64,000 bases of DNA from Hormiphora californensis. Its lineage: Eukaryota > Animalia > Ctenophora. Below are positions 49,001 through 62,571 of the stretch, in pieces; positions within the stretch are counted from its first letter, which is position 1, and every line of letters starts with the position of its first letter. Location of the stretch: assembly GCA_020137815.1 (NCBI GenBank), contig CM035359.1:496001-560000 (forward strand). Reading direction: 5' to 3'. The notes under the pieces are model-generated. The model did no database searches and was not told where the DNA came from. It saw only the letters and a program-made list of their open reading frames with translations. The position numbers and the translations under genes are program-made.

Positions 49001-52000
49001 TTTACGTTGATACATCTTTTTATGATCCACTAACGTGGCACACTGCGAAGAGGTGAAAAAGTGAGGGACAAGAATACCATATTATAACAAGAATAATTGC
49101 GGTATAATTTCATACCGCCTGATTTCCCCGCCAACCATGTGATCTGGCATGTGCCATTTGCCACACCTGCTTCTAATTGGGCACTGATACGTGAGCCGGT
49201 ATAGCTGATGGGTTGTCTGAGCTATGTGAGCTACCTAGTAATAATAGTAGTCGCAGTTTCGATCACAAATGCAGAACACTTTTCACTGCACAATGACGTA
49301 TGGCACAAGAACAGTTGTACCGTGTGGGGCAATAAAAAGTCCCCCCTCCCCAAGTCTACCATAGTTCCAGATATTGTGGAGTGCTAAAATTTGGTACAGC
49401 TACTCTATGAGACAAACAAATAACTTGACCAAAATGTTAGACCTCTAGCTCAAAGTTCATTTTTTTGATCGGAATGAACATGGTCATTCATTCCAGAAGA
49501 AAATATTTTCCGGTCCAAAATTTAACCAATTATGTTTGGCTATCGATTAGCTTTAAGCTTTTCAATGTGACCGAGATCAGTTAAATTGGACTACCACAAG
49601 AGCCACACAGTTTTGTAAATACTTTTTCACTCACAATTTGTGAGAAGCGATGTATTATGTAGTACGTTTCATTGAAACAGGAAATGTTTTCTTACCACCG
49701 ATTCGAGTGTGTCGTCCGAGATTTCATCGTCTACTTCACTATCAGAATCACACTCTCTCACTACCTGAGCCTTCTCGAGCTCTTTTTGACTTCCCTCGTA
49801 CAACAACTTATAGTGATCGACCTTGGGAAAATATTGATGTCACTGGAAGACATTTATTGACACAATAATAATAATTACATTATGCATGTGTGTTTCCCCG
49901 AATATTATATACAGTCGGACCCCGATTTACCGGGCCCCGATTTACCGGATCCTCGATTTACCGGGAGAATAAACTTCCCCCGATATAGGAAAAAGTCAGT
50001 ATTTCACCCCGATATACCGGGCACCCCGATTTACCGGGCAAACCCTTTCCCCCAAGCATCCCGGTAAATCGGGGTCCAACTGTACATATCATATACATAA
50101 TATAAGAGTAAGTTTTTGATTTTTTTCTCTACCCGGGTGAATGCCCGTCGTCCGAAGGGCATTCATCCGGATGATAGTTTTAGCACGTGTGCTAAAAAGA
50201 TCATAAAGAGTTTAGAAATCTCGGCTTTGAAATAGTAACTAGAGCGTGGTCAAAATCGTGTAACGTCAGCCTGTTCCCTCCATCGCAAAGTTGTTAGTGC
50301 ATTCCTTGCTTAAATTCATAATATTCATCATAATTCGTCATGTCTTTGTTATTGCAAAAGCGCTCATCAGTTGTTACCATTGCTTACGGTAGGTATGAGA
50401 TGAGTTAATTTGATATCACATAGACTAGAAACGGTGCCTAAGTAGGCAGCCCATCACATGTCATGTCTCACCGCTCACGTTTCAGAATCTTATTATGTCA
50501 CATATATGTATGGATGTTAACATGCCCGACCCATGCCCGATGGCAGGGAAACACAGCGCTATGGATACATGGTACAAATATTCTTGTTCTTTGGGGGGGG
50601 GGGGGTCTGTCAGCCAAAATTTGATTTTTTTTTCTTACCTTTCCTTCTTCAGCTGCACATTGAGAAATCAGGTTGGCCTTTTCTACGGCTAGCTTTGAGG
50701 CTCTATCCTGGTATGCCACAAATGCATCCTTGTACTTCTTTTCACTATCTGCAATCTCAACACACTGTCAAAATGATTGTGTTTTATATGACCATCATCT
50801 CTATTATAATTTGGAGATGAACGTCGAAGTCGAAGTCGTTCGTTCAGTGCGTTGTTAGGAGACGGTGCTCCTTCATAAAACACTTCATATGACCAAAGCT
50901 GTAAAGCTGCTGTTCACACTTTTGGAACTTCCAATGGAAGTTTCTTAATATTTCGAATGACTTTTAACAGGCCAGTCCCCATAGTTACCAATTCAGTTGC
51001 CATGGCAACCGTGTTATTGACGTTGAAAGGGCGAAAAGAACCACCCGGCGAAGCCGGGTGGGTTATCAAAAAGCCCTTACTTGAGGCGCACCCAATGGGT
51101 GCGCTAGTTAGAATAAATTTGTAAGATATCAAGCTGGAAGAATTTGAAATTTACTTTTTGATTTGCAGTATCCAATTCATCCACCAAGTCGTTGTTCTGA
51201 AAGAATTAAAATTCTTTATCATTAATGTCTAGGAGAATCCTCCGTAAAATAACAAATCAGTGTTGTGGGTGTTCAATGTTCATGAAATGAAAAAAAATAC
51301 CTTTGCAAGGTATGCCTCAAATTTTTCTTTATATTTTCTTTTGCTTTGAACCAACTCTTTGTTCTGAGGAAATAAAATCTCAATCAGTTTGATTTGAAAT
51401 TTGAAAACTCTAAAAAACAACAGTTATTTAAAATCAGTCTTTTTTCTAATATAAACAGGGTGAGAGATGTCACCACATCACAATGTAGCGAGGGTACGGT
51501 TAGCTGCCTAAATAATACAATACTATTGCAGACACGACTGTCACAAATATTTCAAGTGACGAAAATATACCTTTTTGTTTGCAGTATCTAGCTCATCTTG
51601 GCGCATTCTTTCACATTCAGCTAGGTTTTCAGCTAGGTTTTCAGCCTGAATAAAAGAAGAATGACAAAAAAAGTCAATCTAAAAGCAAACGTAACCATAA
51701 CAAACAAACAAACAAAGAACAACAAGAACGAACATTGAACAATAAAAACGTTGTTTGTTAGAATAATAAAGTCGATTTATAATTCCTGACATGACCCGTG
51801 AGTTGAGCATTTCGGTTTATCAAATTTTGAACCTTTAGAACATAGTAAACTATTAGTCAAGTGGGCTACATCGAAGTTATAAATGAATGCCTTTAAATAA
51901 GAAATGAAGGTTTTACTAACCTGGTCTTTGAGCAATTCAACTTCATTCCTTTGGTCTGTGAACGCAGGGGACGGCCGAAAATCCTGAAAATAGAAGGGTG

Positions 52001-52131
52001 ACGGTTGTGTTGGGGAATAATGTGGGTCACCAAATACCTTTGGATACACTGAATAACGTCGACAGACGCACATCTTTCTATCAGTGAAGTGAGAAAATTC
52101 AAGGCACTATGGGAGACACACTTACATTCAT
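43040..52131 (-). pseudogene. ZNFX1-like helicase-PARP-like copy 3; open at both ends but scrambled at ~44753-45960 (pseudogene or assembly error)
   Basis: ORFs 45916..48681 and 43040..44752 are clean paralogs. The intervening 1.2 kb is recognisably homologous but indel-rich. Upstream small exons reach ATGAAT|gtaag at 52131. Confidence 0.75.
49912..50082. mobile_element. Tc1/pogo-type MITE (TA TSD); partial relative at ~29224-29319
   Basis: ta-CAGTCGGACCCCGATTTACCGGG ... CCCGGTAAATCGGGGTCCAACTG-ta. Confidence 0.85.
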
Positions 52132-52302
52132 TTGGAAGCACCATGGACCTCAGGAGCCATTTCAGCTATAAAAATAGAAGCATTGTTTAACAGGGATTGT
52201 GTCGGGTAATTAAGGGCTAGGGGTGTCGAAGGGCTCATTGCAAAGACTAGGAATATATCATGCTTGGGTCTTGTATTGGTAGTCCGACAGTAGTATGAAT
52301 AC

Positions 52303-53651
52303 CAGGAAACGACCGAACCGGGTTTTTTTTCACCGAACCGAACCGAACCGAATTTGAAAAATTTTTTTACCGAACCGAACCGAACCGAACCGAACCGAAC
52401 CGAATTTCGGTAACCGAACCGAACCATACAAAACTTTTTCTGTATAAATGATTCTCTAAAAATTTATGGAGAGCACCAATCAAGGTATTGAGAATCATTC
52501 TCTGAAATTTTGTTAAAAAATGTTTGAAAAAATTTCAAAGTCAATTTTGTGAAAAAATTTTCAAAGTCAATTTTATCGTAAATTTTCTATGTCAATTTTT
52601 GCGTACGAATCGTGTTTCGAATCGGCAATGCTATACGGGAATGGTATTGCTAATTAGCAGGATTAAACGAACCATGAATCGTGTCTCTCTAAATTTCCTA
52701 ATTAGATTTGATGGGGGATCACGTATCAGCACAATCCATCTCGGACCCACTAATTACCAACATCACTCCCGTTTAGCATTGTCGATTAGAAACACGATTC
52801 GTATACCATAATTTACTTAAAATATTTTTCACAAAAAAATTTCACAAAATTTTAGGTAATGATTCTCAATACCTTGATCGATGCTCTCCATGAATTTTTA
52901 GAGAAACATTTAATTTTGTGAAAAAACTTTGTAAAATATTTCAAAGTCAATTTCGGAAAAAAAATTCTATGTCAATTTTGCCGTACGAATCGTGTTGCGA
53001 ATCGGTGATGCTATGCGGCAGTGCTCTCGCTAATTAGCAGGATTTATTGAAACATGAATCGTTTCCCCTAAGCTTCCTAATTAGATTTGATGGGGGATCA
53101 CGTATCAGCATAATCCCTCTCGGACCCACTAATTAGCAACATCACTCCCGCTTAGCAATACCGATTCGAAACACGATTCGTACGCAAAAATTGACATAGA
53201 AAATTTTCCATAAAATTGACTTTGAAATATTTTCCAAACTTTTTTACAAAATTTCAGAGAATGATTCTTAACACCTTGATCGGTGCTCTCCATGAATTTT
53301 TTGAAAAAAAAGTTTCTGAATTTGTTGACCCTCTTATGAGGACACGATTCGACGGGAAGTCAGGTATCAAATCAATCCATATCGAACCCGCTAACTAGCG
53401 AAATCATTTCCACATAGCACCACCGATTCGAAATAGGGTTAATACGGCGAAATTAACATTGAAATTCATACAATTTTCGTGAAATAATTGAAAAATTTTG
53501 CATGAAAAAGCCCGATTTCTGGGCATTTTTTGACCAAAAAATTCGGTGGTTCGGCCAAAATTTCCTACCGAACCGAACCGAACCGAACCGCCCAAAAAAC
53601 ACCGAATTTCCGAACCGAACCGAACCGAACCGAATATTCGGTCGCTTCCTG
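52303..53651. mobile_element. Non-autonomous hAT-like element with 8-bp TSD and (CCGAA)n subterminal repeats
   Basis: ATGAATAC-CAGGAAACGACCGAA ... TTCGGTCGCTTCCTG-ATGAATAC, with internal nested inverted and direct repeats. Confidence 0.88.
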
Positions 53652-56600
53652 ATGAATACATACAAGGTAGTGAGCACCATGGCATAGGAATAGCAAGGGC
53701 AACATAGTGGGGTGTGAATTAGCAAGGGCAAAGAGGAAGAAATAAACTAATTGTCAAAAAATCATTCTTATTTCTTAATTTGCATACAATAGTAAAAAAC
53801 CACGATAAAAATTAAAATCTTCGTAAAAAACAAAAATCGGTTTCTTAAAAGAATTTCATACATTTCTCTCATCTACAGTTCGTCAGTCTGTTATAGTGTC
53901 TAACATTACATACATCTCAGAATACATACATGAAGAATCTTACAAGGCGCTTGATTTTATCTCAAAAACTAAGGAGAAGGAGGTTTGTCAATGAACCACA
54001 ACACATAAACAGGTTTAAACAACGCATCGTCTTTTAGAACGAGCTGCTCACAAAATCCTCCACTATCTGGTTGAACCTTTGTGTACTGTTCATCGATAAG
54101 CAATAGTTTGAAGATAATCATGCATTCCTTTCCATATTTAGCACTAAACTCAGGATACTCAGAAAAGTAACAACCATCACCAAAACGTCGACCATGAACT
54201 TCTTTCCGATTTGGATCCAAATTAGTCTGTATGATACTTGAAATGTTTTCTTTAGCAGTGGCGTGGAAGGCATAAACTTCACATAGCTTCTTTTCAGTCA
54301 ACTCTCCAGGCTCAGGTTCAGTTTCTTTCCTCCGATTTTCATACTTCTCTTCGGCCCCTTTGTTGCCCACAAAACCAACGTGTTTCACTCCAACTTTTCT
54401 TACAGTATTCGATTGATAAGCCGTTCTTTTTGAGCACGCTCCATCATAGATCGATATCGCTTTCTGGAGGAGCTCAACAGTGGGATCACTAACATTTCTC
54501 ATATCGTAGTCAGATAACTTGTATCGAGTTTCGCCCTCTGCAAAGCCAGTCGTAACAAAAGTCTTGGGTACCAAAGTTAGTTGGACTATGTTTCGGAAGT
54601 GAAACTTTGATCTATCGTACACCCTGTATTTAGGTGGCTGACCAATTTTCGAAATGAGGGCTGAATCTTTTTTGTTTTTCCTGAGGTATTCCTTTCTGTT
54701 TCCTTTAATCGCATCATCCGGTACAGAATCACCAATAAGTAAGTCCCCAATAATGACAGAAAAAGTTATGCTAGTATCATCAGGAAAATCGTTATCTATT
54801 GCTCCCTTACTGAAGTCAAACGAGGTCCCAGAAGGGTTACAGATCAGCTCAGTTAACGAATCTATATTATTGTTATTAACAGGATCGATTGGAGAGCTGA
54901 TTATCCGAAAAAGCTCTTGTTGGTGTATTTCATTGGTTTTAAAGGCTGCAGCACACCAAAATTCCTCCGAGTTCATCGGACAATGGACAACGTGAAACGC
55001 TAAAAACTGATCAACTTGATACCGTTCACTATGCTGGAAAAACTGGTTGCATTTGCTTTTAAGATCTTCTTTCTGTCGAAGGCTATCAACTGCTACCATT
55101 CTTACGACAGGTCCGACGTCTGCTGCCCTTTCTCTAGCTCTTCTGTAATATACCTTGGCTGCTCTCAACTGCAACTTAACAGCTCTTTCATGCTCATCCC
55201 GGCAAATCGGACAAATTTCACTCAAACAATTAGCAGCACAACCGAGTTTACATGGATGGCCACAGTCCTGCCTTTTCCGGTTACAAGGAAAACGACATTT
55301 TTCGTCCTCCCAGCATTCTCTAGACTGAAGATGACCACACGCTTCACTGACATACTTTAGAGTAAACTTACATTCAGTCACGGTAGGTTTTGGACTTCCG
55401 CATTTCTTTTTGAAGGGGGCCTGATGACCGCAACTATCGATCACAAAATCCACTTCAACAGGACAGAGGAATGCTTCATGAAGATGATATTTGCCACAAA
55501 CATCCCTAGCATTTATGATTTTCTTTACAATCAAAGTTCTTCATACATGGCTTTTGACACTTTATACGGGATCTATTTGTTTTCCATTCCTCACAAATGA
55601 CTTCAAGTTGGTGACCACACTCGGGAAGAGTTCTGTTCAGCATGACATTACACTTTAAAGTGTCAGGGTGTATGTAACATCGGTAGCTGGTTAGGTGGCC
55701 ACAATCTTCAAATCTTAGGTTAACTAAAACTTGGCACTTGTCATGTCCATGTCTTGGGGTACACAACTTTTTACACCGATGCTCTTCGATTTTACAAGGG
55801 AAATCTTCATTGCAAGGTATTTCACACCACTTTCTTGAGGGGTGAATATAATGAGTGATCTTAGACGTATCATTGCACGGGCCCTGAAGCTCTTTTTCAA
55901 GATTCGCTACGTGATCAGCCATATACGTGACTTGACCCGAGTGATAGCGACAAGAAAGAGGCAATGTATCTCCTATCAGTTGTTGGTATCTCATTTCACT
56001 AATTATTCCCTGCCAAGTTCCACTCATCTCGAACACTTCAGCGTTTCCAACAAAATACATTCCCCGTTTAGCTCGAGACTGAGCAACACACCTTCTTTCC
56101 ATTTCTTTCATGAACCCAATGTTACCTTCCGGGTTAGAACGGGTGAGAGAGATGATAACATAGTTGTTTTCGTCCCCCTGATACTCATCAATAGTCTTGA
56201 TAATAACCATTCCAAGACTGGAAGATCCATCCTTCGGTAAACTGCCACTAATTGTTCCAGCTTTTGGTCTCTCTTTTATCTTATTTGCAGGTGCGGTTGG
56301 TATGGTCGAAGTGGTACTACCACTGGCTCTCGGTGCGTCAGAGATTACTGGCATGAGAGAGCGAAAAAGTTTCTTAACAGCTTGGACTTGACCAAGGTAA
56401 CCGCAGATTATCGTGATTTCTTCACAGGGCACCTTACTTGCAATCAAGTAAAGGGCAAGAGAAACAGCCATGCCTGCCTCTGAAGTGTTCTTGACGGTCC
56501 TATCCTTTTCTTCTCGGTAACTATGATTCCACCAGAACATGGAGTGCTTTAGGCAGTTGAGAGGAGGATTCTTTTGATCCAGATTCGGGAAATCTTGGTA

Positions 56601-57969
56601 GTTTGGATAGATATCAAGAAGAAGTTTTGAAAACTCAGGCCTCATTCGTCCCTGCTTCAGAAGAGTTTTGTAGGGCAAACCAGACAGAATCAGTCTTTCC
56701 ATCATTGAAATGTCAAAGTGGTAGTTCTTTTTCAAGTGGTATGTATCAATTTGGGGCCTTAGTTGTCTATGATCTCCTATCATAATCAACCGTTCGACAC
56801 TCTTAGTCAGAATTCCCACTAGACAAGACTCGAGAATTTCAGCACACTCTTCGATGATTACAATTTTAGGGTTCAGTTTCTGCAGAAGACCAAGCTGGAT
56901 CGAAGCCCCAACGATTGTAGCACCAACGATTCTCTGTGTCTTTAGCAACTCCAGCTTATTTCTTTCGGAAGTTTCCTTGTCTTTAGACTGGTATACGTCC
57001 AAAGTTTCAAGTGTAACTTTCATTTGATCCACGACGCTGTCTACCGAAGTGGTGAGAAGAGCATGGATAAAACTAAACTTCTCGATTCCATCAAGTTCGT
57101 GAAGATCTTTTACATTCAGTATTTCGCGTCTAAGGTAAAAGTCCCCCGGAAAATCTGATAGACGGAATTCATTCTCTCCAGATGGACTCTTTTTCATTTC
57201 TGAAATTAGATCTTCCAATTTTTCTTTTCTCTTGCGAGTTTCCTCATCATCATCATCATACCCAGACCGTCTATTTGCAGTGAGTTGGTTCAAGTAGTCT
57301 TCATCGACTTCGTCATTCTCTTCTTTGGCAGCTTCCTCCTCCTCTTCCTCCCTTATTCTTGCCTTCACTGTACCATGAAACATACTTACGAGCTCAGATA
57401 GTTTGCTTTTGCGTGGTAGCCATCGATTGAAAGCCCGTCGGAAGATATCTCCAAACCAGTTGGCCGGATCGGGACCACTTACTGCATTGGCTAACATGTG
57501 ACGAAAATTACCACCACCAGATCTCAGGCCGTTGTAAAACACCCGGGCTTCGTCTGATTTGATCGAACGGTTGAAAAAACGATTTAACTGCTCCAAAGTA
57601 ACGAGCTTACAAAATGTTGATACATTAAACTGGCTACAGACATCAAAATTGACGAGTTGATCTTGAAATGTATCAAAATAATTAGATAATTGTTTTCTTG
57701 CCCGGTTTTTAAAACGGGGATACTTTATCCTCATCATTTTGTTTCTTATCAGACAGTCTTTAAGCTCCTCCTCTTTTGACTGTCCACCAATCCTAAGAAG
57801 CTCATCTTTGGGACAAAACTCGAGACAGTGTTTCAGGAATTCGTCCAAAGCATGGTTTTTGTAGGTGAGGACAAGAATGGGAGGCTCGTACTGCAGCTGT
57901 TCAGGTTCATCGCTACAAGTGGATGCTGCATCACTTTCAGACTCGATATCCATCGGGGCGACGGGATTC

Positions 57970-58290
57970 AGAGGAGGGGTAGATGATATTCCAAGAGAGG
58001 GAGGATCTGTTCCATGAGGGGTAGATGATATTCCAGGAGAGGAAGGCTCTGTTCCATGAGGGGGAGGCTCTGTTTCAGGAGAGGGAGGCTCTGTTTCAGG
58101 AGGGGGAGGCTCTGTTTCAGAAGAGGAAGGCTCTGTTTCAGGAGGGGGAGGCTCTGTTTCAGGAGGGGGAGGCTCTGTTTCAGGAGGGGGAGTACCTGTT
58201 CCATGAGGGGGAGGATCTGTTCCATGAGGGGGAGGCTCTGTTCCATGAGGGGGAGGATCTGTTCCATGAGGGGTAGGATCTGTTTCAGGA
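57970..58290. repeat. 21-bp coding-type tandem repeat inside the helicase of copy 4
   Basis: Unit ggctctgtttcaggaggggga. In the frame of the downstream ORF it encodes (PPETEPP/PHGTDPP)n. Confidence 0.85.
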
Positions 58291-61200
58291 GGTTGGGGAA
58301 GAGGAAGAAGCAGAGACCGCCAAGGAGGTCGATGCTGATGTGGACTGGGCAGAAAACCGTGAGAAAAGGTTTCCCGTGGTAGCTACCACAGGAAAGTTGC
58401 CTGCCCATTTACTAGTACCCGGTACATCATCCCGTTTATCATCAACACTGTCAGGACTTGCTTCAACATCCATTGATTGTTCATTTTGCTCTGATGCGGT
58501 TCCAGTTGGAGCCTCAGGAAGAGTAGTTCTTTCCTCTGTGGTAGATTCTGACCGTACAGATGTTCTTCTTCTTCGTCTTCTTCTAAGCAGCTGGTGCCAC
58601 ACAGGTGTTGTGTCCTCACTACTTTCGCTGGTAACCATTGACACTTGTTCCATATCTTTATTTTCAGGCTTAAAGTTCAGCAAATAGAAAAAATGGATTA
58701 GTTTTGCTCCAACAAAGGTTTTTCCAGTTCCTGGAGGTCCTTGAATAATTGCAAGAGGATATTTTAGGACATGGTCAAAAGCAGCCTTTTGGGATTCTTC
58801 AAGATCGCCATAACCAACTTTATGAACTACTCTATTTATTATCGATTCATCAACTTCAACCGATAACTCGGAAGATTTGGCAGTTAAAATTTCATCTCTC
58901 AGAGAAATATTCTCCAACTCACTACTGCGAAGACTGTCCAATATGTGACGAAATGACTGGAAGTAAGTGGGACTTTCTGCCATAATAATTCTCCCAGAAC
59001 CTTTAAGCAGAAGAAGAGCTGCAGTGTCTATCGATCTGTCTGATGAGAATGAGACTAACTCGACACCAATGAAAGGACCTTTCTCCAGCATCATTGGATC
59101 TCTATCTATGACAATCAGCCAAATCGCATCACTAAAGTCTCCCTTAGCCGATGCACACAGCAAATTTCCAAACATAAGTCGTCTCGAAGCTTTCCAGTTC
59201 TTTACCGGGCGATCTGGTCGAAACTTTAGATAAAACACAACCTTAGACCGATACAGAGATACCTTAGCAACCGCAACACTAAAATACAAACTCATATCCC
59301 GGGTATCAAGCTGCCCTTTTTTGAAGTCGGTGATTCCCTTCTGTATACTGGAGAAACACTCAGCCCGGAGGAGACGATAGTACACATTTAGGTACTGACT
59401 CGCACTCTCATATGGGGTGTCGATCTGTACAGGCTTCAAGTAGGGACCTTTTTCCAGAGGGTCTCCCATTAGCTCCAACGTGGACGGAATAGTTTCCAGC
59501 TCCTGCCATTTTTCAAGGTCTACCAAACGAGCTGTTTTTAGGAGTAGACGGTGTAGGAATCTGGTTTCTTTTGTATTAGAATTCCTAACCAACTCGCCCA
59601 AGGATGGAAGACAATCTTTTAACTTGGATGGATCACTTTCTACCTTGCTGCTCGATCTGCCAGTGAAGTACTTTACAACGATCATCATCATTCATGATGT
59701 GCTCCGTTAGCTTTAACGAACTCAGTGTGGCCATTATTTTGGCTTTTTGTACCGGATAGGCTTTCATGAGAGGAATCACAACCTTGAGAAACGTGTACAA
59801 ACATCGTATGTATAGTTCCATGCTACACGCTCTGAAAGTTCTAACTTTCAGTAGATAATCCCAGAGGGGTGGACACGACATTATCGTGTTTAACACCGCA
59901 ACTCTCGTTTCCGTTGCCGTTAGGACTTTAGATAACGAGTCGAAGTAGGCTTTGATATCTTTTAGAGGTCGGTGGGCAATGAATGATTCAACTTCAACTC
60001 GAAACGCTCTTGGTTTAACCTTTTCTTCAACCTTTTGTTTACCTCGGGCAAGTTCGAACCGTAAAATGTCTCCTTCTTTCAAAGTAGGAAGATAGCATTG
60101 GCCATCAAAAGCAACAGTGTCATCAAAAACAACATCTTTGTTTTCGAGAAATCTATCTGGAAGTTTTTGAAATGGACGGATGTACTGCGTTTGGCGCTGA
60201 AGGGCACCCAAATGCCATTTCCCTACTTTTCCTCTCAAAATCTGCTTCCGGCTATGTTGAGTGATTAGCATCTGAAACAAACAGATATTATCTGAAAATC
60301 GTAAAATTTATTTAACCATAGCTGTAAATTGTAATCAGTAATACTGTTTCTCTTTTTTGACCATTTGGCATTTCATCAAAATCAATGAATACTATTTTGC
60401 TTACCACGGAGCAAATATCAGTCTCTGAGATTCCAGCATCTAAATCAAAACTTTCCTCATCAAATGACTGACTTTGTTGCATGAGAACCTCCTCATACAA
60501 TGTCTTATAGTGATTCACCTGAGTGCCAGTTAGGAGATAAGAGAGAGTCCCAAATTTCCAATAGATTGTCCTATGGATAGAGAAATAGCCACGTGGAGGC
60601 GGAAAAAAGTCCTACATTTTTGGATGACGATTAAAGAGAGTTCTGACCTGGTTCTCTGCAGACTTTAGATTCTTTTCAATATCGGGTATCTCTTCTACCT
60701 ATGAAACATGAAAACTGTTTAATCCACCCGGCACCCAACCTTATAAATTTTAATATAGAATTTTCATTTTACACACGTGTTGTTAAAGTAATCATTACAA
60801 CTAACCTTTCTCCTTTTTACGTTTACGTTTACGTTTTCATTTTCAAGCTCAGATACTCGTTTTCTCGATTTGCCCAGCTCATTATCCAATGCTGCACTCT
60901 CAGCGACACTTTTGGCCAATTCTTCACTCTAAATTATTTGTTTAAACTGGGATTAAGAGTTTTACGATTCAAACAATGCAATTTATCACGCATGGTTACC
61001 TTGATTTTATATTTTCTAATCTGATCCTTGAGCAGTGCATTTCGTTCTACCAAATTCTTAACCTGTTGTAGGAAACCAATCAAGTAACTTCTAACATTTC
61101 AATACCGTACAGGTGTTCACAAGTAGGTACATTACTAGCATTTCATGTTCACACATTATCTATTTTTTCCCTGCCCGGGTGAATGCCCGAAGGGCATTCA

Positions 61201-61513
61201 CCCGGGATGATGTTTTTAGCATGCACGTGCTAAAAAGATCATTCAGGGTTTAGAAATCAGCAGATCGTGGAGTTAACTAAATGTCCGTCCGTCCGTCCAC
61301 CGTTACGCATAGTAACAAAGTCTGTTCCTTCATAAAACTTTCAGCTCACACTTTGTTGATACAACAAAGGAAATGACTAAAACGCATTGTGGCGTGCAAT
61401 TACTCACTCATAACACTTCCTACGTTCACCTGAAATCACTTTGGGTACCCTACAGCCGTACCATGACGTGGTAGCAAGTCTTCTAAGCATGAAACTATTA
61501 TCACACAATAATA

Positions 61514-61831
61514 CCCAGTGGCACAGAAATACAAATCTCCCAATCCGGTTTAGACCGGCAGAATTGTAAAACCGGCAGTGAACCAAAACGCTTTCCCCCA
61601 AAATTTTCCAATTGAATGATTCCGGAATGCCTCTTACAACTTTATGTAAGCGGTGACACCTTATAAATTGAGTTTTTAGGGCTAAAAACGCACAATCAAA
61701 AAAACCGGCAGAAACCGGCAGAATATCTGGTAAATATTGGCAATATTTTCGATTTTTCCGGCAGAAACCGGCAGAATTAGGAAATCGGTATTTTGGCATT
61801 TCCGGCAGAATTGAAAGCTTGTGCCACTGGG
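61514..61831. mobile_element. MITE with 12-bp TIRs and 8-bp TSD, nested in the TTTCCCTGCC-type element
   Basis: CAATAATA-CCCAGTGGCACA ... TGTGCCACTGGG-CAATAATA; internal ACCGGCAGAA repeats. Confidence 0.8.
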
Positions 61832-62571
61832 CAATAATAAGTGACTGGATGAGCTAAGATGAGGGTAATATAAAGTTGAAGCACTTGGTAACCAACTAGG
61901 GTCTCCTAAGTAACTGTCTTGGTTATCATAGCAATTGCCTTGGTTACCATAGCAACTGCTTTGAATACCATAGCAACCACCCTGGATACCATAGCAAATA
62001 ACATCGTATCAGCCAAAAATTGCTCTTTGAGTGCAAAATTCATCGGGAAATCCAGTTTTGAAGCTTAGTCATCAATTTTACACCCATCTGGGGCAGGGAA
62101 ACACCGCATTATGAATACATAATGCAATAATTCTTCTAATACAAATTATCTAGTTTAATACCTGGATATTAAGTACTGTAACTTCATCGATTTTGTCTTT
62201 GAAAGCACGTGAGGGCCGAGAATCCTGGTAAATAGAAGGGTGTTGGAAGTAGTTACAGAAAGATTATATATTTTCTGACAGTGGTTACTAAGCAATGTTT
62301 TCAATTCAAATACAACCACTGACAAAGGTTATTAGAAAGTGCGGATTTTTAACTTACATTCATTTTGCAGTTCCATATCCATTTTTCCAGTTAAGGCAGG
62401 TTGTATTAAAATATGTACATTGATGCTTAAAATTTAAAGGTTTATTGGATATAGAAGAAAACTTCGGTCAAATGAAAACAACGGACGCATTTAGTTAAAT
62501 CAATCAATATTTTAAAACATGAAAAAATAATATACAGAACAAGAGTAAATAATTTAAGTAAAAATTCATGC

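Larger units (their letters stand above)
53969..62363 (-). pseudogene. ZNFX1-like helicase-PARP-like copy 4 (divergent; frameshifts near 59645, 58300 and 55510)
   Basis: ORFs 59633..60280, 58285..59691, 55506..57953 and 53969..55534 tile one paralog with 1-nt shifts. Upstream exons include ~62223-62161 (DSRPSRAFKDKIDEV) and ATGAAT|gtaag at 62363. Confidence 0.75.

Noticed and set aside
57968-58408. ORF with LLKQSLP heptads and antisense repeat ORFs
   Set aside because: Alternative frames of a stop-free 21-bp repeat; the frame joining the downstream helicase ORF is the Pro-rich one.
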